Shown here: positions 38,338 through 48,666 of the stretch, one piece after another
How the letters are laid out: every line of letters begins with the position of its first letter
How positions within the stretch are numbered: position 1 is the first letter of the stretch
Assembly (NCBI GenBank): GCA_041497675.1
Contig: JBGQGY010000002.1
Coordinates: forward strand, 14,731 to 78,730
Source of the DNA: a bacterium
GTDB lineage: Bacteria; Sysuimicrobiota; Sysuimicrobiia; Sysuimicrobiales; Humicultoraceae
Length of the DNA: 64,000 bases
Reading direction: 5' to 3'
Notes under the pieces: model-generated
What the model was told of the DNA's origin: nothing
Databases searched by the model: none
What the model saw: only the letters and a program-made list of their open reading frames with translations
Made by a program: the position numbers and the translations under genes

Positions 38338-39912
38338 TCACACCCCAGAGGCCTTGTCGTTCTTCCGCTGTGAAAACGCCAGTGTATGAAACGGGAGCAA
38401 CTTGCCTGATGCCGTGGGCACCGGCTCGTGTCGAACGACCTTAATGGTCTCGGCCTGCCGCCACATCGGCGGAGCCGGGCGGCCTCGGGCGGAGGGGCTG
38501 CGCAGTTCCTGGACAAACCGCGCCAACAGTTGACGTTCGTCCACTGTGCCGACCGCAGGGCTCACCACGAGATGCAATCGGGTCAAATGCCCCTCGTCTT
38601 CGACCTCCAGCAGCTGGTAGTCTATGCTCCGCCCGCCGAATTCTCGCGGTAGCACTTCCTCAAGGATCCGCACACATTCTGTGCCCAAAACCGTCACGCC
38701 TTCGCCTGTCAATTTTGAGAAGCTCCTGATCCCGGACAGGTGGGTGTGGAAACCGAGCTCATCCCACAGACACCCGCACCGCCGGACGCTGATCCGACCG
38801 AAATCATCCGAATCCAGGTTGAGCAGAATCATCGGGCTTGTTGCAAGCAACGTGGTGATCATGAATCCTTCTACCGATTCGCCGTCAGATTGAATCCGCA
38901 GGTCGGGAATGAGCGCGAAGCTGTCCGCGATGAAGTGCACGTCGTCTACGTCGTTCGGTTGGCCACAAGCGCCTCCGATCGCCCCAATCTCGGTGATGTT
39001 ATACCGGACGCCTACGCGCGCCCCGGTGCGATTGATCTCGGCATGCTTCCCCGGCGTGAGCGGCTCACCGCCGACGACGAAGGCAATACGCTCGAGGTCC
39101 TCACGCTTCTGCGCTGCGAGCCCTGCGAGCCTGGTGGCCCCACTCGGGCTCGTCACGACCGTGCACCCGCCGTGGCGCGCGCGCGCCTGTACCACCGCCT
39201 CATAGACGCCGGCGGCTCCTGTGAGTGGCACGTGCTCGATGAACGGCAGACGGAGGCCATGGGTGACGCCGACGGCCTGACCAAATCGGTACATCAATTG
39301 GTGCAGCCGCGGCGCCCTCACGATGGTCAGGTCGGTCATGCTGAACCACCGCAACGTCGCGCGGTGCATATGCGCAAGGGTCAGCCACCACAAGAAGCCC
39401 GCTTCCCTCGGCATCCAGATAATGGCCGGCCACCGGCCGCCCCCAATCGCTTCGACAGTCAAACACCAGGTGGGGGCGCGTTGATCGGCAAGATAGGTGA
39501 ACGTGGCCGGGACCCGGTCCCCCTGGCTCCGCGTCCCACCCGTGCGTGTTTCAAACGTCGGGAGAATCCCTGGGTTGTCCGTGCTCACGTCATTCCAGTC
39601 CAGTTGCCGCGCTCCCCGCTGGATCGGTTTCCGCTCTTTGAACTCGCTGTGGCTCAGGTAGACTCCCGAATCGCGCAGCGACACCAGGGTGGCGTCAAGA
39701 CCATTCTTCCGTACCGCATCCTCAAGACTGTCGGGCGTCCAGCCCGCCCAGGTCAGTAGATGATAGTACGGGCTCCGAGAATTCTGCCAAATCGTCTCGC
39801 GCACCACCTGGAGGAACAGCTGATCCCGCATGGTGATGCGGCGGCGAAGGAGCGCTCGGGCGGTTTCGGGCGTGCACGGTCGGCGCATCAGCCCCGCGAG
39901 GCCCTGGGCCAT
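38338..39912 (-). CDS. CapK/PaaK-like adenylate-forming enzyme (phenylacetate-CoA ligase / F390-synthetase family)
   Basis: It carries the P-loop-like adenylation motif FETRTGGTRSQ and is a paralog of 52707..54335. The start is uncertain: the track ORF has an Arg/Ser-rich N-terminal extension that looks like read-through, so it is trimmed to M at about 39912. Confidence 0.6.
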   Translation of the reverse strand: MAQGLAGLMRRPCTPETARALLRRRITMRDQLFLQVVRETIWQNSRSPYYHLLTWAGWTPDSLEDAVRKNGLDATLVSLRDSGVYLSHSEFKERKPIQRGARQLDWNDVSTDNPGILPTFETRTGGTRSQGDRVPATFTYLADQRAPTWCLTVEAIGGGRWPAIIWMPREAGFLWWLTLAHMHRATLRWFSMTDLTIVRAPRLHQLMYRFGQAVGVTHGLRLPFIEHVPLTGAAGVYEAVVQARARHGGCTVVTSPSGATRLAGLAAQKREDLERIAFVVGGEPLTPGKHAEINRTGARVGVRYNITEIGAIGGACGQPNDVDDVHFIADSFALIPDLRIQSDGESVEGFMITTLLATSPMILLNLDSDDFGRISVRRCGCLWDELGFHTHLSGIRSFSKLTGEGVTVLGTECVRILEEVLPREFGGRSIDYQLLEVEDEGHLTRLHLVVSPAVGTVDERQLLARFVQELRSPSARGRPAPPMWRQAETIKVVRHEPVPTASGKLLPFHTLAFSQRKNDKASGV

Positions 39913-39952
39913 CTGTACCGCCTGTCTGAAATCAGACGTCAGCGACACAACG

Positions 39953-41167
39953 CTATCCTTCAGCAGCCTGGTCTGGGCTACTGGGAGCCTCGTGCGGAGT
40001 CCGGCCAAGCCACTTGCGGCGAAGTCCTGATATCGCGACCCCGGCCCAGCGCCGGGCGGCCACGACCGCCACGACGCGCGGCCGGCGCCTCCAGACGACC
40101 AACGCCTTGTCACGACGCAGGGCGGCGGCCCACCGCTGTTGCTTGTACGCCTCCCCACCGCGCAGGAAGTCGAACTCCGTAGCACCTTCGGCGATCGCTT
40201 CCTGGATCGCATGCCCCAACAAAAGCGTGCTGACGCCAAAGCGGGACCAGCTCGGATCGAATCCGGTCTGCAAATCTACCACTCGACCCCCCAGGCTCAG
40301 ACAGTACTCGGCCGCCACGTATCGGTCCCCCACACGCATGAGGTACAAGCGCAGCCAGCCGCGCTCCGCGGCCCGCTCCAGGAATACCCGGTGAAAAGCG
40401 AGTGATCGCCGGGTCGTAAATGCGCTGCGGTCTCCCGCGACCTGCCGGCGTTCATCATGGAGCCGAAGCAACACATCCCACGCATGTGCCAGTTCTTCTG
40501 TCCGTTGCACCCGCTCGACGACCACCTCACCGTGCTCCCGCAGGCGCCGCCACCGGCGCCCCAAGTCCTTCCGAGCATCCGAGCGCAGCGTGCGTAGGAA
40601 ATCCTCCCACGATCCCGGAAGCGAAATGTACGGGCAAATGTCGGCCGTCCTCGATACGCTCGCAAGCCCTCGGCCGACGGCGACAACAGTGGTTTCCAAC
40701 CACTGCGCGGTCTCGTCTTCAAGTCTTGGGAACTCCAGAACGTCCCACCGGGGATCTGACAGCAACCACTCCGCGACCGCACTACGCACCTCTGCCTCGG
40801 CACCGCGGCGTACCAGCACGGCCAAATGATCAGCGCCGACACCGACCCCCATGAAACGCATCGTGCGCACCGCGAGCGGTCCGCGGGCCGACGTGTCACA
40901 GAGCGGCGCAAGACCTACCAACTTGCCATCGGTCTCCCGCCGCAACAGCAACACCCTAGGCCTCGTCCCCCTGGGGCTGAACTCTTTGAGCCATATCGTC
41001 ATCCATTCCCATGACAGGAACACGCTGGGGCGCGCCGTGTCCAGCAACAAATCTGTCCACTCCTCGCGGAGCCCGACCACCTTTTCGAGCTCGGTGACGA
41101 CAGCGACAGTGAGCCCATCCACTCGCGCCACCTCGCGTCTGTCAAGCACCGCCGCCACGGCCGTCAT
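39953..41167 (-). CDS. FemAB-like / BioF2-like acyltransferase (GNAT-fold, Acetyltransf_6)
   Basis: It has a conserved core (RPSVFLSWEWMTIWLKEF...KLVGLAPLC). The start is trimmed to MTAVAAV at about 41167, which overlaps the upstream stop ATGA-style. Confidence 0.6.
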   Translation of the reverse strand: MTAVAAVLDRREVARVDGLTVAVVTELEKVVGLREEWTDLLLDTARPSVFLSWEWMTIWLKEFSPRGTRPRVLLLRRETDGKLVGLAPLCDTSARGPLAVRTMRFMGVGVGADHLAVLVRRGAEAEVRSAVAEWLLSDPRWDVLEFPRLEDETAQWLETTVVAVGRGLASVSRTADICPYISLPGSWEDFLRTLRSDARKDLGRRWRRLREHGEVVVERVQRTEELAHAWDVLLRLHDERRQVAGDRSAFTTRRSLAFHRVFLERAAERGWLRLYLMRVGDRYVAAEYCLSLGGRVVDLQTGFDPSWSRFGVSTLLLGHAIQEAIAEGATEFDFLRGGEAYKQQRWAAALRRDKALVVWRRRPRVVAVVAARRWAGVAISGLRRKWLGRTPHEAPSSPDQAAEG

Positions 41168-42504
41168 GCGCGGGAAATTTTGGGCCAAGTAGTGCGCGAG
41201 CCAAGATAGGCGATCCACATGAAGACATATGGAAAGATCTGCACGCGCTGACGGGCGATGATCCCGAAGTTGGTGACTGCCGAAAAGATGTAGATGAACA
41301 TGAGAGCGTAGAGCACCGATAGCAGCAGGAAACTGTTGCGCGGCGATCCCGAGATTGCGGCGATCACACTCCGGCGACGATACACGATGAGGCTCAAAAG
41401 GGCCAAGCTTTCGAGCGCCGTCACCATCGCGTTCATGTTGTGCGCCTCCCACGGGAACGGCCGAAACAGGACAGTCGGGATCAAGATAGCCAGCCCGAGG
41501 GGACTCGTGGTGTCGATCGGCGTGAACGCTGATCCGCCGTGCTCTCCTTCGCCGAGGATGTGTCGCTGCTGTCCGGTGTATCCCTGCCGCTCGCTGATGA
41601 AACCCTGCACTTCCTGCGCGTCCAACCCCTCCAGGCCCACGACCCGGCTCGCGACTACGGCGATCCCAACCGCGAATACCGTAACCAAGATGAGCCCAAC
41701 GACCTTGACGAACGGCGCCAAGCTCCCCTGCCTCACCGGACGAACAACGAGCGACATCATCAGGGCCACGCCAAAGATGGCGGCGAGATGGGCCCTAATA
41801 GCCAGCATGGCTCCGATCCCCAGCAACAGACCCACGACGCTCCCGATGTCAAACCGTCTCAGTGACCGCGCCACCCCATAGGCCGCGGTCCCTCCTGCCA
41901 GCATCATCACGGCATCCTTGCCCAGGCTGCTGGTCCAGAGCAGCAGAGACGGGAACAGCAACACGAGGATCATGTAGAGCCGGTGGTTACCCTGCGGGAA
42001 CGCCGTCACGAACGCCTTGTAGAAGAGCAGCATCCCGATCAGGCCAAGCCAGGCCCAGATATACGACACTCCCACAAGCGTCGGGCCGGTGAGCAGATAC
42101 GCGAAAGCGGTGAGAAGGCGCACGGCGAAACTCCCGGTGAACCGCCCGGTTAACGGCCATTCGCCCGCCGCCAGCGAGTACGACATCTCCTCCCCCGCCG
42201 CGCTATACACGTAGGCATCCGCCAGCAGGCCAGTAGCGAAACGGAAGTGGACGGCAAATATCTTAAGAGCAAAACTTGCCATGAGCAGCCAAAACAGCAG
42301 ATCCGCATCTGCATCATTTCGTGCGGCGATGCGGAAGATCACAATAGAAAGCAAGACGAGGACCACCAGGACGACGCTCATCCGCATAGTCGCGATGTCG
42401 TTACCACCGACAAAGATGCCGGCAACCCACGCCACACTCGCGAGCAGCGGGATCGCGACGATCAAACGCCGCAGCTGACTTCGATCTATCGCCAGGGTGC
42501 TCAT
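41164..42504 (-). CDS. Polytopic membrane protein, probably a Wzy-like repeat-unit polymerase or O-antigen ligase-like protein
   Basis: A 446-aa protein with about 10-12 TM helices and a large periplasmic loop near EVQGFISERQGYTGQQRHILGEGEHGGSAF. Confidence 0.5.
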   Translation of the reverse strand: MSTLAIDRSQLRRLIVAIPLLASVAWVAGIFVGGNDIATMRMSVVLVVLVLLSIVIFRIAARNDADADLLFWLLMASFALKIFAVHFRFATGLLADAYVYSAAGEEMSYSLAAGEWPLTGRFTGSFAVRLLTAFAYLLTGPTLVGVSYIWAWLGLIGMLLFYKAFVTAFPQGNHRLYMILVLLFPSLLLWTSSLGKDAVMMLAGGTAAYGVARSLRRFDIGSVVGLLLGIGAMLAIRAHLAAIFGVALMMSLVVRPVRQGSLAPFVKVVGLILVTVFAVGIAVVASRVVGLEGLDAQEVQGFISERQGYTGQQRHILGEGEHGGSAFTPIDTTSPLGLAILIPTVLFRPFPWEAHNMNAMVTALESLALLSLIVYRRRSVIAAISGSPRNSFLLLSVLYALMFIYIFSAVTNFGIIARQRVQIFPYVFMWIAYLGSRTTWPKISRA

Positions 42505-42544
42505 CTGTGCGTCCTCACAGCCTCTTCAGCATTGAGCGCAACAC

Positions 42545-43150
42545 CTAACCCGGGAGCCCAGTCACGCCCTGGGGGCCGGGACCATAGTCGTGCGTGTCGC
42601 CAGAGATCTCCCCAGCACGCGCGAGCTCGACGAGCTCCTGGAGCAGGACGCCGTCGTTCAACCGGTTCATGAATTCCTTGTCCGGCAGCGTCTCGATTTC
42701 ATTGACGGTATCTTCGATTTCCTCGAAACGTAGGAAGATCTGGTAGGCCGCCGGGCTCATCGCCCGCCTCATCTCTTGTTCCAGAAGAACCTGCAACACC
42801 AGCAAGAACTCGGAGCTCACCCGGCGGCTCAACCAGTGACAGTAGTCCTCAAGGAGGTTCAAGCGCCGGTCCGTCAGATACGAGATATCGCGCCGCCCCA
42901 CCGCTTCGCCCAGTTGTCTGTGCGTGGTGGCCAGCTCCGAGAGCAGCCGCACATAGTCGGCGAGCACTTTGGTCGAAGGACTTGGGACGCGACTACTTTG
43001 CACGGCGATGAATCGGTGCTCGACCTCCTGGAGCGCATGCCGTAGCGGCCCGGTGGCCACTCGCACGGCATCGCTCCGGCGAACCACGCGGGTACGAACC
43101 TGCACTCGGGACTCGGCCTCCGGCGTACGCTCGCCCGAACTGCTGGTCAT
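42545..43150 (-). CDS. Hypothetical cytoplasmic protein
   Basis: The product is hydrophilic and has no recognised family. The start ATG at 43150 overlaps the upstream stop (ATGA); the track ORF begins 26 codons upstream. Confidence 0.45.
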   Translation of the reverse strand: MTSSSGERTPEAESRVQVRTRVVRRSDAVRVATGPLRHALQEVEHRFIAVQSSRVPSPSTKVLADYVRLLSELATTHRQLGEAVGRRDISYLTDRRLNLLEDYCHWLSRRVSSEFLLVLQVLLEQEMRRAMSPAAYQIFLRFEEIEDTVNEIETLPDKEFMNRLNDGVLLQELVELARAGEISGDTHDYGPGPQGVTGLPG

Positions 43151-43734
43151 CGGATACCCCCCAGGAATAGCACCAGCTTGCCGTACTCCCGCACAACAAG
43201 ACGCCGCTCGAATTCCCTGGTCCACCATCGATCCACTCGGAAGTGTCCGTCATCAACGGCCAGGACGCGAACACTCAGCCGCCTCGGGCGAAATTCCCTG
43301 GCAAAGATCATTCCCGCTCGGCGCGTGTGGTAGGGCGACGTCAGCAGAATGCCGCTTGCCAACCGGCGTCCTTCCATGAGACCGGCTGATCCGCGCGCGT
43401 TGTCCACGGTGCTCTCAGCCCGGTCATCGACCAGGAGTCGTTCAGGCAGCATACCCGCAGCGAGGGCCTGATCCCTCATGATCAAGCCAGAATTCAATCC
43501 GAACGCGTAGGGACCGCCGCTGACAATCAGCCACTGACCGTACCCATCTCGAAGGATGCGCATGGCTGTCGCCACGCGCTCCGGACCGTCACCGCCGATC
43601 GCGATTACGGCATCCGCTCTCTCCAGCGGATCGCTGACGACAAGAAACGCTCCGGTGGCCTGAAGGAGCGGCTCTCGACCGAACCACGCCGCCGCCCCAA
43701 CGACGACACACGTTAGGATGACACTTGCCCGCAT
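43147..43734 (-). CDS. DUF218 (YdcF/ElyC/SanA-like) protein
   Basis: An N-terminal TM helix is followed by a DUF218-like core (ADAVIAIGGDGPERVATAMRILRDGYGQWLIVSGG). Confidence 0.7.
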   Translation of the reverse strand: MRASVILTCVVVGAAAWFGREPLLQATGAFLVVSDPLERADAVIAIGGDGPERVATAMRILRDGYGQWLIVSGGPYAFGLNSGLIMRDQALAAGMLPERLLVDDRAESTVDNARGSAGLMEGRRLASGILLTSPYHTRRAGMIFAREFRPRRLSVRVLAVDDGHFRVDRWWTREFERRLVVREYGKLVLFLGGIR

Positions 43735-43740
43735 GACCGG

Positions 43741-45663
43741 CTATGTCTGGTTGCCGGGCTTGACCTGCGTCCGACTGTCCTGTTCTGGCGGCAGCGAAAA
43801 ACTGGTCCCGTCGGAGGACAACCGCCGGAGAATGGCCCGGATCCCTATATCGTCCCGGTGCGCAACGAGGTGCTCGAGCTGCTGAAGCGCCAGCCGAACG
43901 ATGACTTCATCAGGTTCGCGCTCATCGACCACCTCAAAGACTCCGGGGAATGGCGACGGCCGCATGGCTTCGCTCGGGGCGGCGAGCTCTTCTTCCAGTT
44001 TTTCACCCGGTCTGATCCCCGTGTAGACTATTGGGATATCCTTGTCCGGCTCGAGCCCCGACAGCCGGATGACTTCGGTTGCCAGGTCCGCAATCCGAAC
44101 GGGCACCCCCATGTCGAGGACGTACAAGGCCTGTTGACGCTCGGACATCGACACTTGAAGGATGAGCAGGACCGCCTCCGTGGGGCTCATGAAGTAGCGC
44201 GTCATATCCGGATGGGTCAGTGTCACCGGCCCGCCATTGCGAATCTGCTCTTGAATCAGCGGCACCAGGCTTCCTCGGCTACCGAGGACGTTCCCAAACC
44301 TCACCGTGAGGAAGCGCGTGCGCCCGCGGCGACTCAGCATATGCACGATCGTCTCGGCGACGCGCTTCGTCGCGCCCATGACGCTCGTCGGCTGTACCGC
44401 CTTGTCCGTCGACACGAGGACAAAGGTCTCGGCCCCATGCCTGACTGCGCCCTCCGCCAACAGCAACGTCCCCAAGACGTTCGTCTTTACGGCCTCGTCG
44501 ACGTCCCGCTCCATCAACGGCACGTGTTTGTACGCCGCCGCATGATAGATGACCCGCGGTTTCACCGAACCGAGGACCCAATCCATCTTGCCTGCATCTC
44601 GGACGTCCGCGATGAGCGTCTGCAACTGCACGTCTGGAACCAGTCGCCTGACGCTCTCTTCCAGTTCAAAGAGCCCGGTCTCGTTCATGTCGAGCGCGAC
44701 AATCTCGCAGCGGGACAAGCGCGCCACTTGGCGGACCAGCTCGCTGCCAATCGACCCTGCTGCGCCCGTAATAAGCACCCGGGTCCCCTGGAGTCGCTCG
44801 GCGATGGTGTCCGTCGCGATGGTGACCTGCGACCTGCCGAGGAGGTCTGTCACCTCGACCTGCCGGATGTCTCTGAGCGTTGCCGTCCCCGTCAGCAGGG
44901 CATTCACGCCTGGGAGAATGCGCATCCGCCTGATACCGGCTCGACGTACACACTCGACGATCCCCCGAACATCCTCGGCCGGGGCGGACGGGATCGCAAT
45001 GAGCACTTCGTCCACCCTATGTTGCGTCACGATATCCCCCATCGCGGTGCGCCCGCCCAGCACGGGGAGACCCCGGACATACGTTCCCCATCTGCCCGGA
45101 TCATCATCGACGAACCCGACGGGTCGGTAGAATCGGTGTGGTGACTCTTCCATCGCCTGGACGATGCGCATACCTGCGGCGCCGGCGCCGACGACGAGGA
45201 TGCGCGTCCCCTGGGTCGCCCCACGCTCCCTGAACCCATCCAGCTGTCTCTGCAAAAGCCGCCTGCTGATTCGGAGCAGACCCACACCAAAGAGCGTCAA
45301 CAGGAAGTCCATCGCCAAAACCGACCGCGGAAATCCCCAAAACGGCCGAAGCGACCTGAGAAACACGAGGCTCGCCGCAATCGACAGGCTCGACGTACCG
45401 GCGGCTTTGATCGTATTCACCAGCTCGGGGAGACCGACTGATCGCCATGACACCTTATAGAGTCGGAAGGCCCAATGCCAAACCGCCTTAATAGGGAGAA
45501 AGAGGAGCAACAGCACCGGGAAGTAGTTCCAATAGAGCGCAGGAATGGCCCCATCGAATCGGATTAGGAATGCCAGGACGAGCGCAGCGACCCACACGAT
45601 AAGATCGCCGGCCACGAAGATCGCGACCCGACGTACACCTGGGCGTAAGCGCATGCGCCTCAA
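43741..45663 (-). CDS. Membrane-anchored NDP-sugar 4,6-dehydratase/epimerase (CapD/PglF/WbpM family)
   Basis: It has four N-terminal TM helices and two Rossmann regions (VLVVGAGAAG, VLITGAAGSIGSEL), plus the SDR catalytic motifs STDKAV and YxxxK. Confidence 0.9.
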   Translation of the reverse strand: MRRMRLRPGVRRVAIFVAGDLIVWVAALVLAFLIRFDGAIPALYWNYFPVLLLLFLPIKAVWHWAFRLYKVSWRSVGLPELVNTIKAAGTSSLSIAASLVFLRSLRPFWGFPRSVLAMDFLLTLFGVGLLRISRRLLQRQLDGFRERGATQGTRILVVGAGAAGMRIVQAMEESPHRFYRPVGFVDDDPGRWGTYVRGLPVLGGRTAMGDIVTQHRVDEVLIAIPSAPAEDVRGIVECVRRAGIRRMRILPGVNALLTGTATLRDIRQVEVTDLLGRSQVTIATDTIAERLQGTRVLITGAAGSIGSELVRQVARLSRCEIVALDMNETGLFELEESVRRLVPDVQLQTLIADVRDAGKMDWVLGSVKPRVIYHAAAYKHVPLMERDVDEAVKTNVLGTLLLAEGAVRHGAETFVLVSTDKAVQPTSVMGATKRVAETIVHMLSRRGRTRFLTVRFGNVLGSRGSLVPLIQEQIRNGGPVTLTHPDMTRYFMSPTEAVLLILQVSMSERQQALYVLDMGVPVRIADLATEVIRLSGLEPDKDIPIVYTGIRPGEKLEEELAAPSEAMRPSPFPGVFEVVDEREPDEVIVRLALQQLEHLVAHRDDIGIRAILRRLSSDGTSFSLPPEQDSRTQVKPGNQT

Positions 45664-45717
45664 CGGCCCTCACCTCTCTGAGTATGTGCCCGGATCCACA
45701 TGTCCATGGCTGTCTTG

Positions 45718-46731
45718 CTACCTCGAGTGCGTCGAACGATAGAATCCCGAGAGCCCAAACTGCAGCCGGCTCATCGTGTGCCGAACGTTCACCGTGTGAC
45801 GCAGGAGTGAGTATCGGTTGCCCACCGGCAGAGTGTTTCGACCCGGCATCGTGCTGAACGCCGTAAGAAATCTGTGCTCTCTCAGCATCCCTGCGGCGCG
45901 CTCATCGTAGTGGCCAAACGGATAGGCGAAGACTCCCGGCGCCGATCCCAGCTCACGCTGCAGATCCACCTGTGCCTCCTCGACCTCTGCGCGAATCTCG
46001 TCTGTCGTCAACGCCGGCAGCGACGCGTGCGAGCAACCATGGGAGGCCACTGTCACACCCTCGTGCGTCAGTTGGCGCAGCTCGCTCCACGACAAGACCG
46101 GCGGCGGGCCACTAGACGTCGTGCCCAACGCCGCGCTCAGCTCGGCGATCTGACCTTCAATCACTTCAGGTCGCAGGGGGCGCAAGTGACGCACCAACCG
46201 CCGGACGAGCTGCCGGCGAGTGCCCGGGTGTCGAAGATCGACGGCTCCGATGCCCGGGATCTCCATCTTCGCGAAGGCCGCCTGTGCAATATGTTGCCAG
46301 ACCTGGTCCCACCAGAAACGGCGACCGCTGCCGGGAAACCGCGTGGGCAGGAACAGGACGACCGGAACTCTCTGCGCGCTCAGGATCGGCCATGCGTCGG
46401 TCAAGAAATCCCGGTATCCATCGTCGAAGGTGACGAGCACCGCCTTCTGGGGTAGCGATCGCCCGGTCTCAAGGCTCGCCTGGAGTTCGGGCCATCCGAT
46501 GGGTGCGTAGTGGCGCGCCAGGACGTTCATGTGTTCGGCGAACCCCCTCGGTGTGGCGCTGATCACGTTGGGATCGCCATGAAGAGGGTCGTCTTTGGGA
46601 TCGCAAATTCGGTGATACCCTAAGATACGGAGCACGCTCGCTTGATTGTCCAAGGCCCGGACCAGCCTAAGCAATCCAAGCCGCCGCAGCACGATGTCGG
46701 CGGCTCCTTCGACGACAGCCTGCACGGGCAT
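45718..46731 (-). CDS. Polysaccharide deacetylase (CE4, NodB-homology domain)
   Basis: It has the NodB motifs (LVTFDDGYRDF; HGCSHASL). The start is trimmed to M at about 46731, next to the upstream stop. Confidence 0.75.
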   Translation of the reverse strand: MPVQAVVEGAADIVLRRLGLLRLVRALDNQASVLRILGYHRICDPKDDPLHGDPNVISATPRGFAEHMNVLARHYAPIGWPELQASLETGRSLPQKAVLVTFDDGYRDFLTDAWPILSAQRVPVVLFLPTRFPGSGRRFWWDQVWQHIAQAAFAKMEIPGIGAVDLRHPGTRRQLVRRLVRHLRPLRPEVIEGQIAELSAALGTTSSGPPPVLSWSELRQLTHEGVTVASHGCSHASLPALTTDEIRAEVEEAQVDLQRELGSAPGVFAYPFGHYDERAAGMLREHRFLTAFSTMPGRNTLPVGNRYSLLRHTVNVRHTMSRLQFGLSGFYRSTHSR

Positions 46732-46733
46732 GC

Positions 46734-47915
46734 TCAGTGAGCTCGCGCGTGTTGAGGAATGAGTGTTCCGTACAAACCTTCCAACGCCTTGACGCACCGA
46801 CGCACATCATACTGTCGCCGGGTCCACTCCATCGCCTCCGCGCCAAGGCGGCCAGCAAGCGCTCTGTCCTTCGCGAGCCGGAGGATGGCCTCGGTCAACG
46901 CTTCTGGCGATTGACTCGGCACGAGAAGCGCTTTCGTCCCGTTGTCGGTGACCTCGCGAAGAACATCGATATCGCTGGCGATGCACGGCTTGCCCGAGCC
47001 CATCGCCTCCATGAGCGACACACCAAATCCTTCAAACAGCGATGGAAAAACAAAGATATCTGCAAACGCCAGCAGCGCAGGAACATCGGCTCGATCGCCG
47101 AGCAACCACACGCAGGACTGGAGGCCATGAGCGCGGATGAGGGCCTCGAGGTCCCCACGGAGCCACCCCTCCCCCGCAATGAGCAGCCTGGCCTGCGGGA
47201 ACACCTGATGGACCCGCGCCATCGCCTTGATCAGGTGATGTTGCCCCTTCTGGGGGACCAGGCGAGCAACGTTCAGCAGCACGGGATAGGTATTGGTGCA
47301 GTCGAGTGCCGCCCTCAGCGCTGCAACCGACGCTGCGGGTGGCACCGTTCCATTCTCAAACGCAAACCCCCGAGGAATCACTTGGATCTTCTTCTCTGGA
47401 ATGGCCAGACGGCGCACGGCCGATCGTTTCACCGTCTCCGTGAGGGCAACGAACATCGCACCCCACCGCGACGTCATCGTGTCCACGCCCTGCACGAGTG
47501 CGACTTTCCACCAACTCAGATGCGGATTGTCCAACTTCCACTCGGGCTCGTACGCGGTATTGACGAGCGACGTCACGACAGGCACGCGGCACAGACGCCC
47601 CACGGTCCTGCCGACCACGCCCGGGCGATAGAGGACCGCATGAATCAGATCAGGTGCCACGTGACGGACAAGACTCCGCAGGCGCGCGACCGCCCGAATC
47701 AAATCCCAGTTACGCTCCACCCGGAGCACATGGATCGTGATACCCAGTGTTTGTAGTGACGTCGCGAGTCGGCCGGCTTCTGTCAGGACGCAGATCTCGT
47801 GGTGAAAGTACTCGCGATCAGACCGCGAGAGAAACGCCGCCAACTGCTGCTCCGCCCCGCCCGTATCGAGGTCCTCAAGGACGTGCAAGATCCGCGCCTG
47901 CCTGGCTTGTGACAT
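46734..47915 (-). CDS. Family 4 glycosyltransferase (GT-B, Glycos_transf_1)
   Basis: It has an N-terminal ILHVLEDLDTGGAE region and the C-terminal GT4 motif (FVFPSLFEGFGVSLMEAMGSGKPCIASD). The start is trimmed to MSQARQARILHVL. Confidence 0.85.
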   Translation of the reverse strand: MSQARQARILHVLEDLDTGGAEQQLAAFLSRSDREYFHHEICVLTEAGRLATSLQTLGITIHVLRVERNWDLIRAVARLRSLVRHVAPDLIHAVLYRPGVVGRTVGRLCRVPVVTSLVNTAYEPEWKLDNPHLSWWKVALVQGVDTMTSRWGAMFVALTETVKRSAVRRLAIPEKKIQVIPRGFAFENGTVPPAASVAALRAALDCTNTYPVLLNVARLVPQKGQHHLIKAMARVHQVFPQARLLIAGEGWLRGDLEALIRAHGLQSCVWLLGDRADVPALLAFADIFVFPSLFEGFGVSLMEAMGSGKPCIASDIDVLREVTDNGTKALLVPSQSPEALTEAILRLAKDRALAGRLGAEAMEWTRRQYDVRRCVKALEGLYGTLIPQHARAH

Positions 47916-47925
47916 CGTGATGTGT

Positions 47926-48666
47926 CTACTCTTTGGGGTCACTGAGATCTAAAGGTGGTTGAGCGACAAGTCTGCGAGTGGTCCCCGACGTGCAGATGTA
48001 GACCCGTGCGGCGGCGCCGGTCTTCCTGACCTGGATGCTTGGGCCCAGCCACTCGGTTGCTTCCAGGACGTGTCTGCCAAAGCCATCGCGATTGTCCACG
48101 TGCACGACATACACTCCGAAACGGCCGACAAAACGAACACATGAGAGATCGAGTCCGGCAACGAAGCCCAGGCGAGAAAACAACGTCTTCGACGCCTTGT
48201 TGTGCCTGCTCACGCGGCAGTACACGCCCTGAAACCCTCGCCGCTTCGCTTCCTCCAGCAACGCCACGACGACGGCCGACCCGACCAGGGACCCACGCGC
48301 CTCTGCAACGGTGTACAAATCGTACAGCACGCACTCAGCATCGCCGATGCGTACAGCGATCCCAACGTCATCAAGCCGCCATTTGCCAAAGCCCAGCCAG
48401 CCAAACCCGACGATTCGCTCACCGGCGTTCGCCAGGATGCAGACTTCGCCGTCGGCCAAACGCTCTGCGAATCGCTGGCCGCCCTGGACGGTCAGCAGTC
48501 GACGAGCCTCGGCGCCGGTCGGGACGTGACTCAGGCGTGTCAACGACACCGCACTTCTCGGCACGATGGTCTGAATCTGCTGGCTCAGATCTCGTCTGAA
48601 CAGGGTCCCCGCCCATCGCCTGACAACCCAGCGTCGGATCAGCGCCGCCGGCGCGTGCAAGATCAT
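47926..48666 (-). CDS. GNAT-family N-acetyltransferase
   Basis: It has a GNAT fold core (RRGFQGVYCRVSRHNKASKTLFSRLGF). Its start overlaps the upstream flippase stop (ATGA). Confidence 0.55.
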   Translation of the reverse strand: MILHAPAALIRRWVVRRWAGTLFRRDLSQQIQTIVPRSAVSLTRLSHVPTGAEARRLLTVQGGQRFAERLADGEVCILANAGERIVGFGWLGFGKWRLDDVGIAVRIGDAECVLYDLYTVAEARGSLVGSAVVVALLEEAKRRGFQGVYCRVSRHNKASKTLFSRLGFVAGLDLSCVRFVGRFGVYVVHVDNRDGFGRHVLEATEWLGPSIQVRKTGAAARVYICTSGTTRRLVAQPPLDLSDPKE

